A stretch of DNA of 64,000 bases from Podarcis muralis (Eukaryota), in the NCBI RefSeq assembly GCF_964188315.1, contig NC_135655.1, positions 12,090,001 to 12,154,000 of the forward strand. The letters are read 5' to 3'. Shown here one piece after another: positions 36,704 to 49,207 of this stretch. Positions within the stretch are counted from its first letter, which is position 1, and each line of letters opens with the position of its first letter. The notes beneath the pieces are model-generated. The model did no database searches, was not told the DNA's origin, and saw only the letters and a program-made list of their open reading frames with translations. The position numbers and the translations under genes were made by a program.

Positions 36704-37576
36704 TAATCTTGTGAGAATCAGAGTGTGTGGTGCTTTTAAATGCCTCTGAGTGCAGGAACAGGCAATGTTGCATTCTGAAAAGCATCCTTCCCTCACTTGC
36801 TGCAAACTTGAGCAACGTATGAAATTGTCTTCAGCATGATAATAGTGGTGGACTTAACTCCTAGGGTGGCTAAAATTAGGGCATGCTTGCATTGTTAAGC
36901 TACTACACTTGGCTCCTATTGCCTCAGGGTGTGTGCTTATCGACTGCTCCCTTATTCCTGCACGTTGCTTGACCCAAAATATTTTTTCCTGTACTACATG
37001 CATGCCTCAGGGCTATGCAGAAGCATTTAAGTAGTCTCTGAAGATGAGTGGGCAGGCTAGACCTGTCCGTCACTCCTTGGGTGCAATCCACCGTTAAGCA
37101 CTCCCCCAACCTGGATTGTATTGTGCCCAAGACCCATCAAACCACGAGGGAAGTCACAGGAAATGGGCAAGGACAGCAGGGGAACAAGCCAATGGATGCA
37201 CAAGTAGAGGCTGCTGAGCCCTCGTGGTAACCAACATGGCAGATTTCCAGTTTCATTCTTCCAATCTGCTGCATTTCCTACCACTTCGATACAAATTCCT
37301 AGGCATTGTCGATGCTGGATATCATTTACATATTCTCCACACCTGGAAAAACTCCTACGGTAGCCGTCATTGCTCACAGGTTCCCCAAACTAGTATTTAT
37401 TATACTTTTGCTCAAAGGCTTGGGGAGCTGGCCTGTTCAGATAATCTCTCTTAGCTGCATAACTGGAGTTTAATAGAACCACAAAAATCTGAAGCTTATA
37501 ATCATTGGTGCTTGCTTTATAGGGAAAATTATGCAGCATGCATGTTGAAAATATCAGCAAACATGTATCACCGTGA

Positions 37577-37828
<252 letters not shown>

Positions 37829-38243
37829 TGACCCTAAAAGAGCTTTTATTTATAGAATAGATCGAAATCTTCCTACTTCCTAATTTAAGACATCTTTAGA
37901 AATGATAAAGATATCTTTAAAGCCTTTCAAAGAACCATGTATGGTGACTCCCTTAGCAGATGTTTCCTTGCATCTAAAGCCTTAACGTTTGAGTTGTGGA
38001 ATGAACTAACTTGGGGAATAGCTTCAGTATTCTGGTCTTGGGAAGACTAACTTGACGTTTTTGCTTGAATATTGCCTGGTATTCAAACCTTCATCACCCA
38101 TACAGCTTGTATTTCCTTGCCTCTGGAAGACTTCAGATTGCTTATTAAGAATGAACAGACGTTGCTAACTCATCTTCAGTCTATTCGTTGCAATTGAGTT
38201 CCAGTCTTTTTTATTTTTAATCTCATTTGTATTTTATCCCTAG

Positions 38244-38290
38244 ATATTAATGATTGTCATGGGCAGTGTCAAAATGGAGGAACTTGTAAG
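38244..38290 (+). CDS. JAG2: JAG2 exon 11 (EGF7, first part)
   Basis: cctag|AT ATT...AAG|gtaaga; 47 nt; NINDCHGQCQNGGTCK. Confidence 0.96.
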
Positions 38291-38393
38291 GTAAGATTAA
38301 ATGCATTTGTTTTGTTTTCTTGTTTTGAGGTGCTCTGGAGCTGCTGCTCCTTAAAATTCAACCTATGGCCCAGTTCACATGTTAACGCTAATC

Positions 38394-38530
38394 CAGGCTT
38401 CCTCAACTTCGGCCCTCCAGATGTTTTTGGCTTACAACTCCCATGATCACTAGCTAGCAGGACCCAGTGGTCAGGGAAGATGGGAATTGTAGTCTCAAAA
38501 CATCTGGAGGGCCAAGGTTGAGGAAGCATG
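38394..38530. mobile_element. palindromic hAT MITE (family of 10884)
   Basis: Fold-back arms; TSD CGCTAATC / CACTAAGC. Confidence 0.85.
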
Positions 38531-38875
38531 CACTAAGCCATATGATGGTTTAGTTATATGCTGGAAGTCAATCAAAGTGACTGGGGCAACCAAGTCAGAT
38601 GGGTGGGGTGCAAATAATAAAAATATTACTATTATTACTACTGTGAATGAGCAGGTGTGCGGGCTCCTGAAAAGAAAATTGCAGCAGCTTTGCTTCTCCA
38701 ATTCTGCTGCTGTGCTGAGTGAAGCCATGGTTTGGTTTGAAGTGTTGCCTTAACCCAGATTCCTGGTTTCACTCCCCCAGACAAACCACAAGCTATAACC
38801 AAGGTTTATCCTATGGGCTTACAGTTCATGGTTTGCATGAGAGATTTAAGCCATGAGCCTGGGTTCACACTAAGA

Positions 38876-38994
38876 CAGGCATGGCCAAACTTGGCCCTCC
38901 AGCTCCCATCATCCCTAGCTAACAGGACCAGTGGTCAGGCATGATGGGAACTGTAGTCCCAAAACAGCTGGAGGGCCAAGTTTGGCCATGCCTG
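38876..38994. mobile_element. palindromic hAT MITE with a deletion in the left arm
   Basis: Perfect long TIR CAGGCATGGCCAAACTTGGCCCTCCAGCT; perfect TSD CACTAAGA. Confidence 0.92.
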
Positions 38995-39808
38995 CACTAA
39001 GACAACCCAATGTTTCACTCAGTGCAGCAGTAGAACAACTGGAGGAAGAGCTAAGTGACCATGATCTGCCCTCTGGAAGCCCACACGTTGGCTCATCTTT
39101 GCAAAGCCATGGTTTAGCTTAGCTCCGCATCTGAATGAGGCAGAGCAGGTAACACTGGTTGTCAGACTTGGAACTGCCCCTCACCCTCCAGGGGTTGTTT
39201 CCCTGTAATTCCCCACTCTCCTCTTCTCCCCACTCTAACAGCTCCTCAGGAACAGTTTGAGTGTTTGGGAGGTCTGCAATATATTTGAGCTGTTTTTCTT
39301 CTGGTAGCATTTAGCCTTGCATTGATTATCACAATATATTTTAAGTTGCTTGTGCATTGCTAGTTTAAAGAGTAAATCAAGCCAGCCTACACAAAACCAT
39401 ATTTGAGGGCAGTGCTGTGGGTTTTCTGGAAAATTTGGATAATTTGCATGAGAATTTTTTTAGATGCCAAGCTTGTTTTATATCATAATTTGCAGTTAGC
39501 ATCCATTTGTTGTTGCTAAAGAACTTGCAAAATGAGAAAAAAATTCCATCCCGCGTCACTGAGGACCTCCTTGTATCATGCTGCTTGTTGTGCTTCACAT
39601 CCCATACACGCATCATTCTTTTTTGGGAAGTTGAAAATTATGCTGATGAAGGGATAAAAGCCACAAACAATCTAAATAAATGGGGTACGATGTAGCCAAC
39701 CTGAGTGCTTTTGAAGCACAATTGATTTCAGTGGGAGCAATTCATATCCCTTCCATTGAAATCAAACGGACAAATGTCTAAATTTGGTGGACTGTACCTG
39801 AGTAGTTG

Positions 39809-40152
39809 CCGGGATGCGGGTGGCGCTGTGGGTAAAACCTCAGCGCCTAGGACTTGCCGATCGCATGGTCGGCGGTTCGAATCCCCACGGCGGAGTGCGC
39901 TCCCGTCGTTCGGTCCCAGCGCCTGCCAACCTAGCAGTTCGAAAGTACCTCCGGGTGCAAGTAGATAAATAGGGACCGCTTACCAGCGGGAAGGTAAACG
40001 GCGTTCCGTGTGCTGCGCTGGCTCGCCAGATGCAGCTTGTCACGCTGGCCACGTGACCCGGAAGTGTCTGGGGACAGCGCTGGGAGTGAGATGAGCGCAC
40101 AACCCTAGAGTCTGGCAAGACTGGCCCGTACGGGCAGGGGTACCTTTACCTT
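39809..40152 (+). mobile_element. Sauria SINE, near full length
   Basis: Head GGGATGCGGGTGGCGCTGTGG, box B GGTTCGAATCC, (ACCTTT)n tail, 14-bp TSD TACCTGAGTAGTTG. Confidence 0.93.
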
Positions 40153-40820
40153 TACCTGAGTAGTTGTTGAACCGTATGTGCCTACTATTTTGGTGCAGGC
40201 TTGTTTCTTCAAGAGCAATTGGGTAGAACTCTGTCCACAATCACCCCTTCCCTTTCTGTTAAAAAAAAGAAAAAGACTGTTGACTTTATGGTACTAAGAT
40301 TAGGTAGGAATGCTGCTGTTAAATGATTCTTGGAATAATCAAGAACATTTGAAGTACGGTCCACATGTTAGCATTTTGAAAGGCAAACGGGAAGAACTGT
40401 TCCTCTGAAACCTTCATAGGATGGCTTTGGAGCCAACTGATTAAGTTAGTAGTACTAGGTGGCATTTGTCCAAGAATTCTAAAAATTCAAACATGAAACT
40501 GCTGAGCTACTTACTCTGGTATGTTTCTCTGTGTCATCAGTCTCTGTACTACAGGGTTGGAAAGCAACTTTCTTTCTTTCTTTTAAAAAGGTTCTAGGAA
40601 TTTATCCTGGAATAGTAAACACGATTTTAAAACTTAGCTTTTTCACTTTTAACCAGAATAGCTGTGCTAGGGGGTTTAAAAGTGAGCATAGGTTTGGTAA
40701 AAGAAAACACCTTATGTGATTTACATGGATAACCAATTTGGATATGTAATGAATGTAGCCATTTCATAGGTGCAGTTTTTTGGATGCACTGCAAGCTGCC
40801 TTCTCCTGAGAACATAGTTA

Positions 40821-41400
40821 CAGTGGTGCCTCGCAAGACGAAATTAATTCGTTCCGCAAGTTTTTTCTTCTTGCGAGTTTTTCGTCTTGCGAAGCACGGT
40901 TTCCCATAGGAATGCATTGAAAATCAATGCGTTCCTATGGAGACCGTCCGGGGACAGAGGGGAAGCGCCGCACGCCTTCCCCTCTGTCCCCAGACCTGTT
41001 TAAAGCAAGAGGCGGCGGGGAGAAGATTGCTTCTCCCCGTTGCCTGCCCCGCAATCTCCGGGGAAAGAGGGGAAGGCGTGCGCCTTCCCCTCTGTCCCCT
41101 CTTTTGAAGCAAGGGGTGGAGGGGAGAAGATCGCTTCTCCCCATTCCCGCCCCTTGGTTCAAAAGGGGTCTGGGGAGAGAGGGCAAGGCGCGTGCCGCCC
41201 CTTGCTTCAAAAGAGGTCCGGGGGCAGCGGGGAAGACGCGCTGCGCTTCCCCGCTATCCCCGGAGCTTGCGGGGCAAGCTTCGTTTTGCGAAGCAAGCCC
41301 ATAGGGAAATGCGTCTTGCGAAGCGGCTAAGAAAACGAAAAACTCCTTCGTCTAGCGAGTTTTTCGTCTTCCGAGGCGTTCGTCTTGCGGGGTACCACTG
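40821..41400. mobile_element. Tc1/mariner-type MITE with GC-rich hairpin core
   Basis: Same arms as 3927/60231 in opposite orientation; TA TSD. Confidence 0.9.
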
Positions 41401-41554
41401 TATAAAAAATGAAAGCTAGCAGCGGCTCATCAGTTTGTTAAAAGGCAAGAGGTAGAATGTAGGCCTATAAACAGTCACTTTTCACAGTGTGGAGATGTGA
41501 ACATCCAGCAGGCTTAAAGGAAGCAGGTAGCCCCCATGGGTCTAGATTAAATCT

Positions 41555-41790
41555 CTATTGGAGAATAGCCTCTACCAAAGGCAAAAGGGAGAAACGTGCT
41601 AAGAGGAAGGCATATTTGGCAAACCCTCACCTTGATCAACTCCCTCCCGGAAACCTATGTCCCTACTGTGGAAGGATGTGCGGATCCAGAATTGGCCTCC
41701 ACAGTCACTTGAAGACTCATAGTTAGCACCATATTCATGGAAGACAATTTTACTTGGCTATGAGTAATCACCAAAGAGAAAGAAAGAGAT
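41555..41790 (+). mobile_element. RTE-clade LINE 3' end with C2H2 zinc finger
   Basis: CPYCGRMCGSRIGLHSHLKTH before the stop, then a short 3'UTR and purine-rich tail. Confidence 0.75.
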
Positions 41791-42013
41791 TAAAAGCTGT
41801 GGGAGAATGGGCTTAGGAGCCACTCGTTCTGTACTAAAGCATAACTTTGTTGTTAATCCAGATGAATCTTGCCTCTCTTGTTAAAAAAAAATGAAATGAA
41901 AATTTGTGGTTCTGAGATTCTAGTTTGATTTTATTTGAAGAAAATGATACGAAAGTCTGTTCCCAGTACCTTCTGACATAAGTGCTCTCCTTTTGACCTT
42001 TCGTTTCCCGTAG

Positions 42014-42187
42014 GATGTCGTGAATGGTTACCACTGCATGTGCCCCCCTGGTTTCATAGGAAAGAACTGCGAAACAGAAGTTGATGAATGCATGAGCAAC
42101 CCATGTCAAAATGCAGGGCGATGTGAGAACTTGGTGAATGGATTCCGCTGTCTCTGTCCTCAAGGCTTCTCAGGAGATCTCTGTGAG
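42014..42187 (+). CDS. JAG2: JAG2 exon 12 (EGF7 end + EGF8)
   Basis: cgtag|GAT...GAG|gtgaag; 174 nt; [58 protein letters not shown]. Confidence 0.97.
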
Positions 42188-43601
42188 GTGAAGGATCCCT
42201 TGGCCTTCTTAATAGCTTTGATGGATTGAATTCTGGAAAGAGTCCTGTTATAATTTAAGCCCGGGTAACCTATGGCTGTGTAATTAGATAATTGCCACTC
42301 AGCTGTTCACTTTACTGTCCCATGTAAACAGACAAACTTCTGCAGTAAAATCCCAGTAGCTAAGATCACAATATATGTTTGGAATAAGCATCTATTAGTT
42401 ACTGAAAATATCAATGTGATGATTTTTTTATAGGAGTCTGATTTTTACACTATGTGCCTGCCACATTCATAAATGCTAAACTTTCATATGGGCTAGAAAT
42501 CAGATTCCAAATTTAACGTGGCCAATTTGTGTGCATTCATACTGCTGTGTGAATTTTCTAATGTGTTTGGACAAGTATATTCTATTGTGATACGTCCCAG
42601 AGATAAATAGTGTAGCTTGTCATATCCTGGGGGAATAACTAACTGCTCCGTGTCTGGGTTTCGCTGCAGGAAAATAAATTTTTCATTAAAAGGATACAAA
42701 TGCCCTTGCAATATTCCCCACTAGGGAGTGTTGAATTTCCCCTCTTTCATATTCCGAAAATGATATGTGATAGTTCTGAGAAAGATAGTTCTAAATCAAG
42801 AGTAGGTCAGGGACAACTTCCGCTGTCTGCAAAAGGACTTTTCAGGTGGACATAGAATAATAGAATTGTATATTTCATCGAAAGTTTTCGTCCAAATTTC
42901 AAATCTAGGAACTTTTATCAGATAGGTGCCATGCTTTTTCTATGTCTGCCTTGCTGACAGGTAGATGGTGCTTAAAGTAAATGCAGTTGGTACAAGAATA
43001 CTGTATTAAGATTAATAATTTCCTTAAAAGGATTTGTCTTTGTAAATGCTTACATGGTGCAAGGCTTGTTTAAGTTTGTCCCTTTTCATCGCCATAATAG
43101 TAACAAATCAGCTTTAAACCACCTTGCTTAAATGTACACACAGAATTAGAAGAGCGAGCCTTTTTTTCTCTCCCTACAATCTGAATCCCCTGCTAAATTC
43201 TCCCAACGGCTGTGTTGGCACATGCTTTTCAAACATTTTCCCATCTTGCAAAGAAGATGCCAGCCCAGGGGGAAAAAATTGTTGGGAGATTCTCTGAAAA
43301 TGATACATGTAATCCCTATCTGTATATTGCATTTTGCATAATACGGGGGGGGGGGTCATTCTTAACGTAGCAATACACCCTCTCGTCTTAGCAAAAGTGA
43401 CACTCCGTAATTTATGCTTCTGGTGTAAACAAAAACTTGATTTGGACTGGAAAATGCTTTTGTTACTGGAAAGCTACATCCCTTATAAGTGTGTGCAACC
43501 AATTTGTAAAGACTGAAGTAACTGCAACAATTTTAACATGCAACGTTATGTGTTGGCATACTTTAGGAATGTTAACCCGTGTTGTCTTAAACCTTTTGCA
43601 G

Positions 43602-43752
43602 CTTGATATTGATCTCTGCAAGCCTAGCCCTTGCCAGAATGGAGCTAAATGTTATGATCTGCGAGAAGACTATTATTGTGCTTGCTCCGATGACTATGAT
43701 GGAAAGAACTGCTCTCACCTTAAGGATCACTGCAAAAATAATTCGTGTAAAG
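43602..43752 (+). CDS. JAG2: JAG2 exon 13 (EGF9 + start of EGF10)
   Basis: tgcag|CTT...AAA G|gtatat; 151 nt; [50 protein letters not shown]. Confidence 0.96.
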
Positions 43753-44239
43753 GTATATTTGTCCTGTAAACCTGTTTACTTGGTAGTAGCTAAGTACCTA
43801 CTGTAGAAGCCATATAAAAATGGACATCTTGCAGGAAAGGTGGCCGTTGGTTAAATTGCTTTTTTTCTTAATTAGTGTGACAAGTCTTGCTAGCTTAAAA
43901 ATGTAAAAGCAAGCAATACAGTTTGATTTTAGCAGTAAAACTAAAACTCTAGGAAGGAAAATAGAACAAGGTACAAAAACTAGAATGTGCCATCCTTCCT
44001 ATGGAAAATTAAATGAAAGGGGGGGAACGTTGCCTTCTTTTAATGTACCCTTGTAGGCCCAGCTCTCAAATCTGCTTGTGAATGAAGTTTCTTAGAGCAT
44101 TCTAAATATGCCTACTAAATATTAGGAAGACTTGGTTTAATGAAATGCTGTGCGCTGCAGGTGAAAAAGCTGCATTGGAAGGTGGACTGTATGCAGGATT
44201 TGTTTTCTTTTACTTAAAAGCCATATGTCTTATTCTTAG

Positions 44240-44404
44240 TAATAGACAGCTGTACAATAGAGGTCTTCACAAATGCTACCCGGAAAGGCGTCCGATTAAT
44301 TTCCTCCAGTGTATGTGGACCCCATGGACAATGTGTCAGTCAACCAGGAGGCAATTTTACTTGTGCCTGCGAGAAGGGCTTTACTGGAAGATACTGTCAT
44401 GAAA
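44240..44404 (+). CDS. JAG2: JAG2 exon 14 (interrupted EGF10)
   Basis: cttag|TA ATA...GAA A|gtaagt; 165 nt; [55 protein letters not shown]. Confidence 0.96.
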
Positions 44405-45352
44405 GTAAGTGGCAGCGGAAAAAAATATTTTATTAAAAACTAAGCTGGTATGTACATTGTTGCTGCTGTTGTTATTTCCATTTATATGCCACCCTTTATC
44501 AAAAGATCTCAGGGCGGTGTACAGCATTAGAAACACATTTGTTTTGAAACCATTTAGAGTGAGAGCTTAGGCTCCTAATGGGATTTAAAGGATTTCATTC
44601 CTAGGTCATTGGTTCAAGATTCAAAGCTTGATCATGGCAGACCATTTCTATGAACAGGAAAAAGGCAGGTGTCATACCACAGACAAACATCATTGTAGTG
44701 CAAATATTAAATGGCAGGTACTTCCTCCTGAATTCTTGAAGACTGATTGGATAATTAGCCAAACGCCATGGTTCGCTGGGTGGTTGTTTCTGTTTCTTTA
44801 AAACATGCTGGGTACCGTTTCAGCAGTTCACAGCAAAACAATTGCCTGTTACATTCACACAGAAGACATCTTGCAGTCAAACATTGATTCTATTTGGCCA
44901 CCGCCCTCAAAAAGTGTATTAGGCAGAAGGTAGATCAGAATCTACAGGAAGATCTTGGGGAGATTTGTAGTAGACTAGCAAGGGTTTCCAGCTTTCAAAT
45001 GTTGAAAAATAGCAACTCTCCCCAAACCAGCTGAAACAAAGTTTGGAGAGGACTGGAGTTTTGTGTGGCAGAACTTGGAGGTTAGTTCTGGCATTGAAAA
45101 AATTCTGGACTGAGCATGTGCACAGAAGCATCCTTTTCCTTTAATTGTGTTCTTTGTTCCCTGATCCACAACTTCACACCTTTCTCCAGTTGAGCTCCTG
45201 GTACCTAAAAATTATTCCCATCTCTTTTACAAGCTGACACACCTTTTCCAGCTGGAGCAATCATGACTTTCCTCAACAGATGAACACTCTTGTGGTGGCT
45301 TGTCACACCAAATAAAATGGTTCCAGTGGTGATTGTGCATTGTCTTCCTTAG

Positions 45353-45466
45353 ATATCAATGACTGCCTTGGAAATCCATGCAAAAATGGTGGGACCTGCA
45401 TAGATGAAGTTAACGATTTCAGGTGCTTCTGCCAGACAGGCTGGGAAGGAAAACTGTGCGATATAA
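45353..45466 (+). CDS. JAG2: JAG2 exon 15 (EGF11)
   Basis: cttag|AT ATC...ATA A|gtgagt; 114 nt; [38 protein letters not shown]. Confidence 0.97.
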
Positions 45467-45507
45467 GTGAGTACAACTAAATGTTTAAACAGCAGAAGTA
45501 GTCATGA

Positions 45508-45958
45508 GTAGGGATGAGGGAGAATTTTGTTTTGGTTCACATTTTAATGCAAATCTACTTAATTCACATGTCCTAAAAATGCAAGCTGAAGTACAGCTCT
45601 CCTTCAGAATTCACACTTCTCCACATTTTACACACTGCAGTTCTGCAATCAGATAATCTGTGCAAAAATTCATAGTTTAGGGTAGGTGCATAAAGTGCAT
45701 TTTACTACAAACAAGTGGTGTGTAAATTTTTTTAATTGTAAAAATAAATTTTAAAAATATGTGGGTGAAAATAACAAAAATGCATTAGGATTAATTGCTT
45801 GCAAAATGTGTATATCAGGGAACATTAAATATAAAAATGTGTACAGTAGGCAAAAGGCACACTAAAATGCTGATGAATGTTGACTGGAGAACTGAATTTA
45901 AGATTGGAAAAGTGAGAAACCTTGAGAAGCCAAAACTGACAACCTTGTCCATGCCTAG
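45508..45958. mobile_element. AT-rich DNA-transposon-like repeat
   Basis: TAGGGATG...CATGCCTA termini; gaactgaatttaagattggaaa segment related to about 8320-8380. Confidence 0.5.
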
Positions 45959-46213
45959 CCAGGAGACTAACCCTTACCTGCAGCCCAGGTTTTACTCAGA
46001 AGTTTGCTGGAGCTTATTTCAGGAAAATAAATTTAAGATTATAGCCTTAAACTCAGGTAAACTTGTTTTTCATCTGACCAAGCGTTCCAGAGTGCACACC
46101 TAATTTAAAAACACACACACCCCTAAAGAAAGAGGAAGATCGCTCTACTTATCCAGACTATAATTCTTAAGAAGAGTTTGTCTCTGTGATCTTGTTTGAT
46201 AGCTCTCAAAATA

Positions 46214-46411
46214 AAAGGTAAAAGGTAAAGGTAAAGGTACCCCTGCCCATACGGGCCAGTCTTGACAGACTCTGGGGTTGTGCGCCCATCTCACTCAAGA
46301 GGCCGGGGGCCAGCGCTGTCCGGAGACACTTCCGGGTCACGTGGCCAGCGTGACAAAGCTGCATCTGGCGAGCCAGCGCAGCACACGGAAACGCCGTTTA
46401 CCTTCCCACCA
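46214..46411 (-). mobile_element. Sauria SINE, 5'-truncated
   Basis: 15-bp TSD ATAGCTCTCAAAATA. Confidence 0.92.
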
Positions 46412-47343
46412 AAATAGCTCAAAATAGCTCTCAAAATAGAAAAGGTTAATTCAGAGAAAACATCTCCTAAGTGCTAACAGTATCATTTGTATCTTTATAA
46501 ATATGAACTGTCCTTTATATCAGAATGATTTGACTTCTGTTAATTAGACAATATGTTATGACACCATAAACAATTCATTCTGGATCATATAAAAGAATTA
46601 CCATTTGAGCAGAAGCCTGGGACCTAATTTTTACTGTTCCACTTTAAACACTATAAAGTGTTGTGTCTAGACCAAACTGATCAGATTCTTTATGGATGTG
46701 AGTACATGAAGAAGCTGCCTTTATACCGAATCAGATTACTAATCCATGTTGCCCAGTGTTGGCTGCTGACTGGCATTGCCTGTCTCCTGTGTCGGGCAGA
46801 GTTTCCTTTTCCAGCTCTACAGCATGAGATGCTTTATCTGGAATGGGCAGGGGTTCTGGATGTGAAGCAAACACTTGTCTTACTGAGCTGTGGTCCTCCC
46901 ATAGAATTAGCAGGGTTGGGAAAAAGGGGTGGTGTAAGGTGCTGAGATTTCAAACGGTGATTTGATTCAAAAGACTTTCTGGTTTGGTGCCCAGGAGTCA
47001 AAAGAGCCTAGTCTATGGTTTAAAGTAGGATTTGCCTTCTGATTAAACTATAGTACTATATAAATACTGAGAGTCTTAATCTCAGGGTTGTGGGTTTGAA
47101 CCCCACGTTGGGCGATTGCTGGATTGCAGGGATTTGGGCTAGATGACTCTCCCGTCCAACTCTGCAGTTCCATGATTCTATTAATCTCATCTTGGCTTCG
47201 TAGGTCATTTAATACTGAAAACAGCTTCTAATTGCTCCTGCACAAGCCATGTTACTGAGATAGGCATCTCTCTTTTGGTATTCTTTTCAAAAATTAATTT
47301 CTGCCTCTTTTGCTAAAGTACTTCTTCCCTTGGAATTTTTTAG

Positions 47344-47457
47344 ATTTCAATGACTGCTTGCCAAATCCATGTCACAATGGAGGCCGATGCATTGATTTAG
47401 AGAATGACTTCTATTGTGAATGTACAAGTGGCTGGAAAGGCAAAACATGCCATTCAA
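47344..47457 (+). CDS. JAG2: JAG2 exon 16 (EGF12)
   Basis: tttag|AT TTC...TCA A|gtaagt; 114 nt; [38 protein letters not shown]. Confidence 0.97.
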
Positions 47458-48059
47458 GTAAGTGTGCTTTAGATGGTCTGGTTCAGCTGAAACCCAGAAG
47501 TTAAAAGAGGAAAGTATTGTAAAGTAACTGAAGTAGCTTTGAAGGGACTCTAAAGAAGTGCAGAAAGGGATTTGATGAAGAGAGTCATGTAGAAACAAGT
47601 CCAATCACTGTCTGCTTTTCCCCAGATGAAACCACTAAGTTAAAAAAAATAAAAAATTGGCACACTGTATTGAAGCTGAAGAAAGAAAGTTTGGAATCCT
47701 GTCATATCAAAATGAAAACTGCAGCTCTGCCCAATGCTTGTGGCATAATTTTATGAAATTAAAACTAATTTCAAACTGTCTTTTGGAGCAATTATTTCCA
47801 CGGATGAGTGAATCATTTATATATATATCTACTCATTTAGGTTTGTTAGCCCTATGCCATCCTGAAACCCCCTGAGTTGTTCCAGTGCATAAAACAAACA
47901 CCCTAAAGAATAAACTCTAAACATTTTGACTCTTAAGATTCCATAGTAGTGTATCTGGCTCTAACAAAACATTCGTCTCTGGTTCCTAAAGCAAAAAAAC
48001 AAAACAAAAAAACTTAGACATGTGATTAGCTGCTTAAATTTGTTTTCATGGCTTTTTAG

Positions 48060-48173
48060 GTGAGTACCAGTGTGACGCGAATACTTGCACAAATGGAGGA
48101 ACGTGTTACGACGACGGAGATACTTTTCGGTGTTCTTGTCCTCCGGAATGGAAAGGAAGCACTTGCAACATTG
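48060..48173 (+). CDS. JAG2: JAG2 exon 17 (EGF13)
   Basis: ttttag|GT GAG...ATT G|gtaagt; 114 nt; [38 protein letters not shown]. Confidence 0.96.
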
Positions 48174-48556
48174 GTAAGTGCTTAATCTGCTCAGTAATAT
48201 ATTCAGATTGGATGTACGTCTGCTTTGCTCAGGAAGCTAACTATAAACAGCCTGTGCTTTTTCCCCCCTTCCCCAATCTCATTAGTGATCAGGGGAAAAC
48301 ATGGTTAGAACATAATAGTAAACGGGAACCCTTTACTAGTCTTGCTTTTGCTTAGCGAGCTCTCTTCCGTCACAAAAATCACAGGCAGTTTTGACTACAG
48401 CTGCACAGGAGAAGAAGTAGAAATGGTTGTCTTCAAGTTGGCTACTCTAGAACCATTTTGAAGCCAGAGCTGTGGGAGGAACCGCCATTTCTCTGAACAG
48501 ATATGGGTAACAATATATTTTGGCAACATCAAGCTATCGTTGACACATTTAGAATA

Positions 48557-48796
48557 CAGTGGTACCTCGGTTTACGAACTTAATCCATTCCTGAAGTCCG
48601 TTCCTAAACCGAAGCCGTTCTGAAACCGAGGTGCACTTTCCCTAATGAGGCCTCCTGCCGCTGGTGCCCTTCCACCGTTCGGCTTCCGTTCGTAAACGGA
48701 GGTAACTTTCACTAACCAGAACACTACTTCAGTTTCGCAGAGTTCGTAAACCGAATAGTTCATAAACAGGGCTGTTTGTAAACCGAGGTACCACTG
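48557..48796. mobile_element. Tc1/mariner-type MITE
   Basis: CAGTGGTACCTCGGTTTAC / GTAAACCGAGGTACCACTG, TA TSD. Confidence 0.9.
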
Positions 48797-49207
48797 TATA
48801 TAAGGTTGCAGGTTCAATGCCCATAAGGGATCGCTACATATTCTTCCATTGAAGGGAGTTGGACTGAAACATAGCCCACACATGCAGTCAGAAGTATGGT
48901 TTGTTGGTGCCGAGGAGGGCAGTGCCCAGACTACAGAATTCTCCCTGGGAGAGGCTCGCCTGCCTTTTTTTGATACTGGCTTTTAAATAACCTACAAAAG
49001 CTCATTTCATTTTGGCAGGCTTTTGCTGACAATTGTAGTGTTAGGTTATTGACTATTGTATCGATTACTGTTGTAACCAGCATTGGGGTCTAAAAACTAA
49101 AAGGTGGGATTAAAATATGTTTCATAAGATTGATGCAGTACTGGGACTTTTGGCTGAACGCTTTCACATTTTTAATTTCCTTTCCTTTCTTTTTTTTAAC
49201 ATTAAAG

